NCBI GenBank assembly: GCA_000091205.1
Contig: AP006499.2
Source of the DNA: Cyanidioschyzon merolae
Lineage: Eukaryota
Length of the DNA stretch: 64,000 nucleotides
Direction: 5' to 3' (one strand)
Shown piece by piece: positions 21,372 through 32,130 of this stretch; the stretch's first letter is position 1, and each line of letters begins with the position of its first letter. Below the pieces are notes generated by a model that did no database searches, was not told the origin of the DNA, and saw nothing but the letters and a program-made list of their open reading frames with translations. Position numbers and translations under genes: made by a program.

Positions 21372-21603
21372 ACCTCGAGCCTTCAATCCTATGCAGGTAT
21401 ACGCTGCGTTGCCTGCGTAATGTCGTAGTAACCGTGAAGCTTGTCGTGGAAAAGTGCAGCACCGACAGCGAACGCCTTTCAAAAGAAAAACGCTGCCGCC
21501 GGCAGCGTACAGCCGTGGCGAAAAACCCGCCCTCGACAAGACGTCTCCAGCTGACGTGCAGACGCCTCCCAGACTTTTTTGGACCGGCCACCTACTACTG
21601 GTT

Positions 21604-23315
21604 TCAACTTCTTCTCATATAATTCCACCTTGTGAAGTTCCCCATAAAATTCTCTCTCGTCAAGTACGCAAGTCTTCTTTCCATCACCGCCCTTCTCCTG
21701 ATATTGATAGCGGCATTAAAGTCGCGATTCACAAACTCCATCCATTTCTTGTTGCAGCTGGTAGCACTTTCCATTGCAAGTAGTCCTCGAAATTTAACCC
21801 TCCTTTCCATTTGCTCATCTGTCAGCGCTCCGTACTTTTATATATCTTCAGGACTCCGCTGGCACTTTTCCATTTCGACCCTCTGAAGTGTACACCCCAG
21901 TTCATGGTGTGTATGGGACGTTCGAAACTCATCTACAGGTATTGTAACAAAACGCCTTGCGCACTCCTTGTATGTTCTTGCCGTTGGAGCTGGTGTAGTC
22001 CCTTTTTGGGTCTTCCAGCGCCCTGCTCCGTACGCTACTAGGAGCCTCTGACTTTCATCCTCCTTCAAGGCACTCAACTGATTGAAAAAATTCGCGAATG
22101 CACGCTGCTTCCCACAATACAAACTCATTCGCAAACGAGCCCACCGGGGCTTGCTGTACTCCTCCCACAGCGCATCCCAATGGGCGATGCGAACTTCCAT
22201 GAATGTCCGAAAAGCGTTAAAGTCTGCTCGTCGGCTCGTCACCTCGCACAAAGATTCCAGGTGATCCTTCATTCCTGCATTCCATGTCTCGATTTTCTTC
22301 CTCGCATTCATTATACCAGATTCTCGATAGTATCTTGCTCTCGAGAACCTCAAAAGACGCTTGCCTTTCCGACGTAAGTGTCCGTCAGTACCATCTTCCG
22401 CGCGCTTGGGTACTGTGATGTTTATTATATTCGTGTTTGCGGGGTCCGCGCCACCGACAAAATCGTTGTTCTCATGCACTTCTTGCGTCGCAGGATCCGC
22501 CTCTTTGTTTTCTTCAAGCGCCGATAGTGTACGCATATGGATACGCCATTGGTTTCGATTATCCCAGTGAATACCTTTTGCTTGCTTACTTTGAGACGTT
22601 TGAAATCGAAGGTACTCTTCCAGTACGTCTCCCGATTTTCACCGATGAACTCTGTCTTCCTTACATTGAACTCCGGACAGATCTCCTTCATGATGCCGTA
22701 GAGGACTCTGGAGTCGATAGTCACAAAATTCGACTTGATGTGGCACAATGGAACTTCGTTGAAGTGCTTCTCCAGAACCGCAGCCTTCCGTTTCGCCCAC
22801 TTTTCATTTTTTTCCACACTCAGTTTGATCTCCGCTTTGCGTTCGACTTCTCGGTTCAAAAACATGACATAGTGCAGGATGAGGCGATAGCGTCTTTCTT
22901 CATCTTTTTTCATATCTAGTACCTCTTCTGCTCGATTCGCCAGCCCCAGTGCCGCACGATGCTCATGCATAACCGCACGGATCACAGAAGCCTCATTCTT
23001 TCTCCTGCGCGATGTCTTCTTGTTTACAAATTCGGTCTCCTGTTCGTTTTTACTAACGTTCGTGACGCCATCGATGATGGTCCATATCCCTTTGCGAGAC
23101 AGGTCCGGGCGGAGTGCGAACACGGCGCGTATCATGAAACGTTCGAGGTTCATCGTGAAATGATTCTTCATGTTCGTGAGGTACCTCATGGCCCCGTGGG
23201 TGTGCATATCCGCGTCACCCTTGTATCGAGTACCGTTGATGCTACAGAAGATATATTTTTCGTGGAGGGCGTGCACTAGCTCATTTTCACTCCGCATATC
23301 CCATGTGCCAAGCAT
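21604..23315 (-). pseudogene. TnpB/Fanzor-like (OrfB zinc-ribbon, RuvC-III) transposon-encoded nuclease gene, disrupted; plus conserved 3' module 21470..21603
   Basis: Three collinear minus-strand ORFs: 22425..23315 (296 aa, ...[22 protein letters not shown]...); 21838..22536 (232 aa, a different frame with a 112-nt overlap, ...LLVAYGAGRWKTQKG...FVTIPVDEFRTSHTHHELGC...CQRSPEDI*); and after a single in-frame stop, 21604..21810 (...KKWMEFVNRDFNAAINIRRR). VDEFRTS..C resembles the TnpB VDExYTSxxCxxCG zinc ribbon, and NRDFNAAINI resembles the RuvC-III DxNAAxNI motif. A possible N-terminal extension is ORF 23338..23532. Confidence 0.55.
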
Positions 23316-24722
23316 CAGGTGACGAATAAAGGTCTTGTCAAAAAAACTCGTCCGGAACCTCGACTGTTTCTGTTCCCGTCACGTCACGATACATCCCCTT
23401 CACCAAATGCATTAGTCCCAAAGAAGCCTCACGAACACTCGTGGAGTACGAGTCGACACGATTTCTGATGGCCTCTCGGAAATCTTCCTTGTACGGATCC
23501 TTGATATGTTTAAGAAGACAGGCTTTCACCACTATCTCGTCGTTGTGTCGTCTTTTGTGCAGCTTCTGACGTCGGGTCTCCCCGTTTCGCTCCTACGTCT
23601 TCTCCTGTTCCCCTGAGCTCGGCTCTGATTTTCGTTTTTTCCCAGCAGCCGGCGGCACTGGGCCTCCAAGATCCTTTACTTACATCTCCAAAATTTTTTT
23701 GAAAGAGCACGCTCTTTGAACGATTCTGCGATAAAGCGCGAAAAAACACTTGAGTAAACTAAACTGAGGGTTCAAAAACGATTCAATTGAGAAACTATGC
23801 CACGACTTCAACACAAATACATCTTGTACGGTAGAGCAAGAAGACAATGAGTAGAATCGCGTTTCCCTTCAACGGCGAGAAACCAATACTGTCTCATGCC
23901 TGCCAGGATGGAGGTGCACGTATCGACCGCGCTATATAGAACAATGAAGAGAGACTAACCACTAACTGGCAACGATATGAGAAGTTCGTTCCCCCTCTAT
24001 GATAAACGTTACAAGTGGAAGGCTTTCCATGTTGTCGAAGGTTTACGTTCTAGGTGGAAGGTCCCTCGAGCTGGACGAATCTGCCGAGCTTGCGCTCCGT
24101 GCGACTCTGAAATGGCGGCCACTGTAGTGAAATCTGTGCAACTCATCCGCAGCGCAGTTTACTCTAGGACTCGGAGCGAGTAGAATGCATCTGGGCGACG
24201 CCAATGTTGCAGTTCTCTCCTAGCGTGCCGCTTCGCGCTGCCGCAGGCAGTAGGTCTACCGGTCCAGTTTGCAAGCTCCCGGAATAATGATAAACCCTGA
24301 CCCTGTGGCGGGTCGACGACGACTGGAGCGGACGCCGTCAGTGGTATGGCACAGCTCGTCTTTCTTCGTGTTGTAAAAGCACAAGTAGTATAGGCGGTCT
24401 TGCGGGTGGAGCTATGCAGGCACTCGGTGCACGATAGAACAAACGAAACGACCAGTTTCTCCCAGAGAACGTATACATCATGGATCCTAAAGGTAGCACA
24501 TATCGTGAAGGAAGCTTCCCTGAATGCCAGTATCCATGGTCAACGTAAACATTCTTTCAATCCAACAGAAAAGTACATCGGGATACCTGTGTCCGCTGAG
24601 CGAGACGTCGTCCGCCCAGGGCGCTGCCCCCGCGGGAGATCCGTCGAGTGCACCAGATAGGCCGCTCTGGCGTGCGTTCGGTGACCTTAGCTTTTTAAGC
24701 GCAATATTCGTTGAAACTTATA

Positions 24723-26213
24723 ATGTGGGCCAGCGTTCTTCGGTTCTTACCAAAGCATAAGGGAAACTTAGGTCGTTGTATGTCCGTGAGAGCCAGCGTC
24801 TTGCGTTCTGAGCATACGGCTCCGTTTTGGGAAGCACCATTGAGCAGGGCGTTGCCGCTGTACCAGGAGGGTTTCCTGCCCCGAACGGCTTCTGTGAGCC
24901 AAGCCGAGCCGACGCGCACCGAAACTGCACCCGTGCGCTTTCAGATGGCGCCAAGTGGAGCGGGGGACTCGTTGGTTTTTTTGCATGAAACATCGTCGGT
25001 ACGTGGTGCTCTCGAAGAGATGGTGCACCGGAATACCGCCTTTGTTCTCGTTGTGGGCGACCCCTTTAACCGGTCATCGCCAAAGGCGGACGTTCCTGCG
25101 TCAACTTCGGATATTGTGCGCATCTCCAGCGAAGCTGAGGGTGATGATCAGCGCGTTGATACCGAGCATGCTGCCGTGATCGGGTTGTTCACAGAGCGCG
25201 ACCTCTTGCGCTGCCTGGCGGACGCCGTCGCGGAGCAGCGCACCGGCGAAGCTGCAGCGCTCTCATTCCGTCTGCGGAAGGCGATGAGTCCGCTTTACGA
25301 TCGGTTTGGGACGCTAAAAGTGTCATCAAATACCATATATGATGCTGTTATGGTCATGCGGGAACGGAACATTCAAACCATACCCATCATTCGCGAGGAG
25401 GAGCACGAAGAGGACTACATCTTGCCGGGGGGTCATCCAGCAGCGGGCGAGAGCGCTTCCAGCAGCTACACCCTGGCATTGCCACCTCGATCGTTTTGTG
25501 GCGTTCTGACAGCACGCGATGTGGCTCGCTTCTTCCTCGCCCAAGATGCTAGCGTCCAAGATGCAGTCTGTAGCCTGGAGACGTCGACTGACGCTGGCGT
25601 CAGAGCATCGCGATCGACACGTCCGATGCTTCTGCGTCATCTCTTGTCTTGGCGCCTGCGTCGACTCTTTGAAGGCGCTCGACCTTTAAGTGATACTTTC
25701 CTCGAAGAAGACATCGTCGTGTACGAATCCGAGCATTACAGGGTGGTTTCAGTCCCTCGCTCGGCATCAGTGCGGGACGCGATCGCGGTCATGGCACAGC
25801 ACGATGTTCGTACGCTTCTGATTAGTGAGGACGCTAGTTCCGGCTTCGATGCAGCCGGACCCTATCCCAGTATTTACGGTGTCATTACGTTGCGAGATCT
25901 CATGAGGCAGGTCTTCTATCCACGAAGAAATCCGCTGGCGCTCAGCATGCAGACTCTCTTTCGTGAGCGCTGGACAGCGGCAGGGGTATCGAGGCCGCAA
26001 CTCGCAGCCGAGGAGCGCAAGTACGGAATCTCACCTGATGATGAAGTGGCGCATGCGCTGCGCTTGGTCGGTGGTATGAACGAGCGGCACATCCCAGTGT
26101 ACGTCTACAATGACGCTGATCAGACGAGCAACTGCGTCGCGATGGTGAGCGTCAAGGAGATGCTGTCGGGTGTCCATGCGGCAGAGCAGCGGCGGCGCGG
26201 GCAACGGTACTAA
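24723..26213 (+). CDS. CBS-domain protein (tandem CBS pairs)
   Basis: CBS-like segments recur: VIGLFTERDLLRCL, CGVLTARDVARFF, YGVITLRDLMRQV, VAMVSVKEMLSGV. The track start is TTG; the first ATG is 24723, and alternative internal ATGs are possible. Confidence 0.55.
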   Translation: MWASVLRFLPKHKGNLGRCMSVRASVLRSEHTAPFWEAPLSRALPLYQEGFLPRTASVSQAEPTRTETAPVRFQMAPSGAGDSLVFLHETSSVRGALEEMVHRNTAFVLVVGDPFNRSSPKADVPASTSDIVRISSEAEGDDQRVDTEHAAVIGLFTERDLLRCLADAVAEQRTGEAAALSFRLRKAMSPLYDRFGTLKVSSNTIYDAVMVMRERNIQTIPIIREEEHEEDYILPGGHPAAGESASSSYTLALPPRSFCGVLTARDVARFFLAQDASVQDAVCSLETSTDAGVRASRSTRPMLLRHLLSWRLRRLFEGARPLSDTFLEEDIVVYESEHYRVVSVPRSASVRDAIAVMAQHDVRTLLISEDASSGFDAAGPYPSIYGVITLRDLMRQVFYPRRNPLALSMQTLFRERWTAAGVSRPQLAAEERKYGISPDDEVAHALRLVGGMNERHIPVYVYNDADQTSNCVAMVSVKEMLSGVHAAEQRRRGQRY

Positions 26214-26470
26214 TGCGGTGACTAGGCGCTGCTGGTTGCCTGGTAGGTAGGGTGCCAAGCAACGCTGTCCTGGGGATTGTAGGCGAAAAGATGATCATCG
26301 TGCTCGATTTGCGCACCAGGAGCAACTTGCGTTGACCGATGATACCTGTAGACTACTCCAGACGAATGCTCGCGAAAGCATATATGCATTGATCACGCGA
26401 GCTGTTTAGAGTATAAGCGCTGGTGAAAAGGCACGCGCATACGCTTAACATGAACCTGTTCTATAACAGG

Positions 26471-26603
26471 CAAAACTGATGCTATGTGCTCCACATCGCC
26501 GCTTTGACCTGCGCAAGTTGTACCGTATTCGCAAATAGCGCTCAAAACTGATGCTTTGTGCTCCACATCGCCGCTTTGACCTGCGCAAGTTCTAGCGTAT
26601 TCG
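26471..26603. repeat. 72-bp tandem duplication (2 units)
   Basis: caaaactgatgct(a/t)tgtgctccacatcgccgctttgacctgcgcaagtt(g/c)ta(c/g)cgtattcg is repeated at 26471 and 26543. It lies in the intergenic region 3' of the CBS gene. Confidence 0.85.
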
Positions 26604-27513
26604 TGACATTTGTCAACACCATTGCCGCAGCCGCCTTCTCAAGGAGCGTATCCGGCATGCAACATGGACCTGTTCGAATGAGCAAGCGATACCCGCGTTT
26701 CACGACGTAAGCCGTCGCCTAGAGCACGTTTACCTAAACCATATAGTGTTGCTGATGCACGTGTCGTGCACGAGGCGCGCTGACACCGATCCCATGTACC
26801 TGGAGGATATATGGTTGCCCGAGTGCTTTCACAGGAAGCACAGGGCCCGCCAGCATATGTACACGCGGGAGCCTGCCAATGCCAAGCTCATCATCGGTGC
26901 TCATTTCGCTGCTGAACGCACCGTCACTGGCACCCTCCGTTGACTTGACAGCTCTGCGCGTTTCTCGACGAAAGCTATCGAGCGTGCATCTGAAGTAAGA
27001 CTCTGAGAAGGGCGTTTCTCTGCCTCCCATTATACACCTATGCCCGCGTATATGGCTCGGTTACGACACGTACAAACGCCGATACGCTGCGACTCGACTG
27101 CAAGAAGCAGCGCAACAGTGCCTGGAAGAGGTAACCCGCCACAAGTCGCCCGTTCATAGCGCAGCCAATGCGCGATACGGGTAAACGCGCATGCTCAAAA
27201 CGACAGCTTCTCTTTGTAGATACCAGCGATACGCGTATTGCTTAGTTGGCATGCACCGGACTCAGTTTAGAGCGCGCTCGTGAGCTTGCCACTCGGTCGA
27301 CGAGCACACGGTTGCAGTAGTTCGGCAGCTGCAAGCGTACGCGCACGTGCGCTACTAGAGCTGGAGCCCGACGCACACGCTGGAAACGCTTCGTCGTCGT
27401 CGTCGTCGTCGTCGTCGTTTCGCCAGCTTCCATGCAACTCCGCGAGGTCGCGGCAAGCGATCAAGTCGCAAGGTGTGATCACGCGAAACTCGCCGAAGAA
27501 GGATATCCCTGAC

Positions 27514-27537
27514 TAGCTAGCTAGCTAGCTGGCTGGG
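27514..27537. repeat. (CTAG)n palindromic microsatellite immediately 3' of the STE20-like gene stop
   Basis: ctagctagctagctagctggctgg; CTAG is self-complementary and gives stops in several frames on both strands. Nearby are a (TCG)8 run at 27393-27419 and (A)n/(T)n runs. Confidence 0.8.
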
Positions 27538-27540
27538 CGT

Positions 27541-30500
27541 TTACGCTCCAGGTGGATCCCCGATATGATGTGAGCGTTGTGGCGCCTCTGATGCAACGGA
27601 CATGCCGATCCCTGCTTTCGGGTTCGTTGTCGCTGCCGTTGAGTTCGTTGGGTAAGCACGGTCTCCGCTATCGCCAAATACGTCCGTGGGTTGCTGTGAC
27701 CCCGAACCCGAGACAAGCGGCACTCGTTCTGCGCGCGTCGTTGCAGGCATTGCCAGAACAGTGAGATGCTGGAGCTGTTGGCGCACCAGGGCCATTTCCT
27801 GCCGCAGTGCTTCAATATCGCGACGCAAAGTCCCTTGTTCCTGGCGGAGGGATGAGAGCTCTCCTCGCAAATGTTCCACAGGTTCATTGCCTGGCTTGAT
27901 CGGTCCATTGCCGGATGGTACTGCACCCATGGCTGGATGCGGCAACAAAGCGGGGCTATAACCAGAGGTACCTGCAGGCGGTCCGACACTGATGCCGCTG
28001 GCTGCCGCAGCGCCGCTTTCCATGCCGCTCGCTTGACTGTGCTCAACACGTGGTGAAACGTAGGAATGGAGCGGTCCGGTTCCGGAGCCACTATCATGTA
28101 TACTGGAAACACCGTGCGGAATACCAGGGTACAGAGCGGCACTGGATGCCGGCCCTGCTCCTATGGAGATATCCGCGGCTGAGGCAGCGAACTGCAGGTT
28201 TCCGGCCAGCAGGGCCGAAAGTGTGCGTTGCAGGCCTCGTGCGTGGTGCAGCAATGCCAGCAGGTCCTCCTCGGAGACATTCGCTAGTGGCAGATTTGTG
28301 GTGGCGCGTTGCGCTCGACCTGGAACAGTACCTGCTGCGGAGGCATCTGTGGATGGATCCTTCGGAGACGTCGACGACGATGCAGTGATGCGAGTATGCG
28401 GCTGCCAAGCGTTACAAGTGGCAGTACCCGGAACGCTGCCATATCCCCGTTGATTTGGATGATTGTTGTTCATCGACGGTTGCGTCGCCCAGCGCGACGG
28501 CGGCGGTGGCGGTGACTTGGGTTTCGGTGCACGCGGAGGAGAACGCGTCGCACTCTGTGGCTGCTGGAATACACCGTCCAAAGCAGCTAGCGAAACGTAC
28601 AGAGGATTATGCGGAGAAACATCCCCAGTCGACGCGCTAGATCCTGGTGGTTGCGCTGTCGTTGCGGCTGCTCCACTGGAAAGAGCGGCTCTGGCAGAAG
28701 CAGAAGTTGGCATCGCCTGATGCAGTGGAATATCGATAACCTCAAAACGCCCGTGACTCGAGCGTCGAGACGCCTCGCCCAGTGCAGAGCCACCAGATGG
28801 TACATGTGGGGTCGAGCTTCGGTTCGGATGCGACGTGCTGGCTTCATGGACTGCTGCAGATGATGATGCCGCAGCTGCAGCCGCAGTTACTGCCGCCTCA
28901 GAAGGTCGTGCATTCCCTGACTCAACGGAATGCAACAGTCGCCTCGTTGATTGCCCCTGAGCGTTCCCCGGGTATATGCCATCCCCCAGAGAAGTGATCG
29001 TGGTGGATCCTTCATCGGTCGTCATCGATGTGCCAGTTCGCATGCCCAGTTCAGGTGGCGCGGTATTCCGACTCCCAACAGATTGGTTATAGAACCGGGG
29101 ACGTACGCTGCTGGTGCTGCTGCTATCACTAGCACATGGGTCTGCGGAGACCGCTCCCGGCCTTGGACTCGCGCGTGCTCGCACGTCCTCCGTGAGCATC
29201 TCACGCGTGATAATGTCTTCATGGACAAGGCACGCTGTACTAGGCGAGGTGTGTGGGCGGGACGGCTCCGTATCCACCAGGAGGAAACGCCCAGCTCGTC
29301 GAGACGACCCTGTCTCCACTTTGACAAGATTTTCTGCTGCAGGAGCGGTTTCCTGAGAAAGCGCTGACTCCGTCTCTGCTGATGCGCGCGACGTACGCAC
29401 CGGCGCCGGTTCCACGACCGAGGATCCTAGTGACTGTATATGTTCGTTTTCTGAAACAACAGCGGCAAGATCCGTTACAGGCTGCAGCCTATCTGGGGCT
29501 GGTACTGCGATGCTTTCCGGAATCCGCTGCAGATCACGTTCACGTTTTGCCTCAATTAACTCAGGGCTGTCTGCAAAGTTCCAACCACTGATACCCATCA
29601 CATTTCGGGGATGCTCCGGCGAGCGTCGTCCAGTCTGCGATGCCTGCGATTCCATCGTGCTCGATGAGGCGCTGCTGGCAGGCTGTTGCGACCAGGGCTC
29701 CTGCCCGGGATGCTTCGCCCCAGCGCCCGCTGACGCCACGTGACCCCGTTGCAGGGAGATACGCTCCTTCTCGGAGAGTGGATTCAACTCCAGCGGCGGC
29801 ATTCGGGAGAGCATGTTGGCAGCCCAGCCATTTTCCAATGGAAGCTCCGTCTGCATAAATGGATGTTTCAAGAGCTCACTCGCAGAAGGCCTCTTGTGTG
29901 GATCCTTGTGCAGGCAGAGTTCGACGAAAGCCCGAAACTCGCTGCTAAACCGCTCCGGATGCTCCAGTGTCGGTGGCGGACCCTGTAAGGTTAACTGAAG
30001 CACTTTCATCGGTGCGAAGCGCTCATAGGGCGCACATCCCTGGGCTAATTCGATAGCTGTGATGCCGAACGACCAAATATCTGCCTTGTAGTCGTAACCA
30101 GAGACCTGCTCCATTACTTCCGGCGCCATCCAGCACGGCGTTCCGACAAAAGTCTGCCGCAAGCGACGCGAGATGCCGCTCTCCAGCATGAGCCCCAGAT
30201 ACGTATAGTCTGTGAGCAGGATTCGGGCATCTGGTGTCAGTAAAATGTTATCTGCTTTGATATTGCGGTGGATCTGACGATTCCGGTGAAAGTATTCGAG
30301 GCCCCGCAGCGTACCGTGCAGTATGTACCGAATCACGGCCTCGTCAGGGAAGCCTTCGGGATACAAGTGGCGCAAAATCCGCCCGACAGGAGTCCCTGCG
30401 ACAAAAGGCATCACAATCCAGAGGTTATGCCCCACGGAAAAGGATGTTCGATAGGGCACAACGTTTTCGTGGGAGCTTAAAGACATGACGCGAATCTCCT

Positions 30501-30708
30501 TGATTAGATCATCGAGGGAGAGCGGCAAGCCTTCCAAGTTGATTACTTTGATCGCTACAGCTTCATTGCCGGCCGCAGGACAGATCGCCCGGTACACTGC
30601 TGAGTTTTCCCCGTGACCCAGCTCTTCGAGGAACTCGTACCCGTCAGGCGTCACCGGGTAGCGGCGCGGCGAAGCGGCAGTCACCACATCAACTCCTTTA
30701 TCCGCCAT
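27541..30708 (-). CDS. STE20-family (OSR1/SPAK/STRAD-like) kinase-fold protein with degenerate catalytic motifs and long disordered C-terminal extension with terminal coiled coil
   Basis: The N-terminal kinase domain has LGHGENSAVY, AVAIKVINL, HRNIKADNILL (HRD to HRN), LLTDYTYLG (DFG to DYT), FVGTPCWMAPEVM and DIWSFGITAIELAQG. The C-terminal ~750 aa are S/A/P-rich, ending in ...LRGELSSLRQEQGTLRRDIEALRQEMALVRQQLQHL. The track start 30855 is GTG; the first ATG (MADKGVDVV) is at 30708. Confidence 0.8.
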   Translation of the reverse strand: MADKGVDVVTAASPRRYPVTPDGYEFLEELGHGENSAVYRAICPAAGNEAVAIKVINLEGLPLSLDDLIKEIRVMSLSSHENVVPYRTSFSVGHNLWIVMPFVAGTPVGRILRHLYPEGFPDEAVIRYILHGTLRGLEYFHRNRQIHRNIKADNILLTPDARILLTDYTYLGLMLESGISRRLRQTFVGTPCWMAPEVMEQVSGYDYKADIWSFGITAIELAQGCAPYERFAPMKVLQLTLQGPPPTLEHPERFSSEFRAFVELCLHKDPHKRPSASELLKHPFMQTELPLENGWAANMLSRMPPLELNPLSEKERISLQRGHVASAGAGAKHPGQEPWSQQPASSASSSTMESQASQTGRRSPEHPRNVMGISGWNFADSPELIEAKRERDLQRIPESIAVPAPDRLQPVTDLAAVVSENEHIQSLGSSVVEPAPVRTSRASAETESALSQETAPAAENLVKVETGSSRRAGRFLLVDTEPSRPHTSPSTACLVHEDIITREMLTEDVRARASPRPGAVSADPCASDSSSTSSVRPRFYNQSVGSRNTAPPELGMRTGTSMTTDEGSTTITSLGDGIYPGNAQGQSTRRLLHSVESGNARPSEAAVTAAAAAASSSAAVHEASTSHPNRSSTPHVPSGGSALGEASRRSSHGRFEVIDIPLHQAMPTSASARAALSSGAAATTAQPPGSSASTGDVSPHNPLYVSLAALDGVFQQPQSATRSPPRAPKPKSPPPPPSRWATQPSMNNNHPNQRGYGSVPGTATCNAWQPHTRITASSSTSPKDPSTDASAAGTVPGRAQRATTNLPLANVSEEDLLALLHHARGLQRTLSALLAGNLQFAASAADISIGAGPASSAALYPGIPHGVSSIHDSGSGTGPLHSYVSPRVEHSQASGMESGAAAASGISVGPPAGTSGYSPALLPHPAMGAVPSGNGPIKPGNEPVEHLRGELSSLRQEQGTLRRDIEALRQEMALVRQQLQHLTVLAMPATTRAERVPLVSGSGSQQPTDVFGDSGDRAYPTNSTAATTNPKAGIGMSVASEAPQRSHHIGDPPGA

Positions 30709-31919
30709 GGTTGCACCTCTGAATCTCAACGATACAAACGAAGGGCGTACAAGAACAGGTGTCAGCGCAGCGGTTTGCTCTAGCGCCTCCAAGCAGCAGC
30801 AGCACGTATGCGGTAACCGCTTCAACCAGCCAGCCAGCAACAAACAAACAAACACTCACGTGCGTTTACCGAAAAACGGTTTGGAGAATGGACGCATACG
30901 GTGCGCGCCGAGCGCTCTCTGTGTCAACAGCGGCAGTATACAGAAACACAGGAGAGCGTCAACCGGCGTTCAGCTTCAATGAACGATATCGCAGTACAGT
31001 GCCAGTGATGTGTCCGATAACATGGTGCTGGCTTGTGCATAGGGTCTCCACTTGACGTCTCCGCTCCTAAGCAGGTCTCGCGCAAAACGCACCGCCTAAC
31101 GTCGTCGAATGCTCTACATGGAGCGTCTGTGGAACAGCGATTCGTGGTGAGCGAAGAAGTGTCCATAGAAATCTGCATTTTGTCTGATAACGGTGCATGC
31201 AGTCTGGTCGTATGTGTGTTGATATAGGCTCCAATGCGTGCCTGAGGTCGTACGGGTAAATACGCGCTGGAAGCTGCGGACGGAATCCAGGTAGCGCTAT
31301 GACAATCGAAGGATCCGCTAGCGAGTGGTCGACGCTGACGGCTCGACGTAGTCGAATCACTGTGCAAGGGCACGGGGCGAGCCCAGGTCGAACTCGCTGA
31401 GACCCAACCAGCTGCGGATGAAAGAGGTGCTCCAAGGAACGCAGCATCAAGGTCAGCGATATGGCAGAAGCGGGAACGCACGCACACACAGTGTGGAACG
31501 AGTGCAGTGCACGATGGATCTGGTATTGCTGTCATCGCTTTTGGTACATGAGTATCACCTGTCGACCGAATGAAGTCCGTAGCGACAGCAAGTGGCGCCT
31601 GGGCGCGGGGAAGGTTGGGCGTTTTCCCGGAAGCGTCGCGAGTCCGCACGAAAGACCCGCTGGTCGACAGTGCACCGACGATAACTGCGTCGACTCGTCA
31701 TGCATGACATGAAGAGAACGACAGCCTCGGTGGTGTCCGTACAACTAGACTACTGCAGAGCGGTGATTTTTGCGGCACGCTAGTCGTACTCGTACGAGAA
31801 TAAAATGGTATGGGCCCAAGCCGAGCGTACACGTTCAAGTATCGGTCTCTTCCGAAGGTCATCAGCAGAAGCCGTTGCGAGCTTTTTCCTGTGACCGCTT
31901 CCTTGCGCTCTGTTCAAAT

Positions 31920-32130
31920 CGCCGGCTATCAATAGGTCTGGAGCTCCAGTCCCTCTGGATCCCTTACCAGCTGTCGAAGCATGTTGATGGAAGCGTTCAA
32001 GTCCCGATTTCGCTACTTCCGGCTGCTGTCAGAGCATGTCATGCATCGGCAAACGCTGCGACCTATGCTTCGCTTGCCATTTCCATGTTGTTTCTGTTCG
32101 ACTTCGATGTACGCGTCAAAGCGGTGACAT
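31920..32130 (-). mobile_element. TnpB/Fanzor-like relic, subfamily 2 (second copy)
   Basis: The minus strand reads RCHRFDAYIEVEQKQHGNGKRSIGRSVCRCMTCSDSSRK*RNRDLNASINMLRQ. The stop sits at the same codon position as in the 17.1k copy, and the nucleotides are homologous to 17040..17290. Confidence 0.5.

Noticed and set aside
21316-21591. 91-aa minus ORF spanning the Fanzor 3' module and the IMPase upstream region, as a possible IMPase N-terminal extension or uORF.
   Set aside because: It is in a different frame from IMPase and lies within the conserved non-coding transposon module; it is more likely a chance ORF.
30924-31649. 241-aa minus ORF between the STE20-like gene and the subfamily-2 relic.
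   Set aside because: The sequence is low-complexity with no motifs. It is plausibly a spurious GC-rich ORF, so no call is made.
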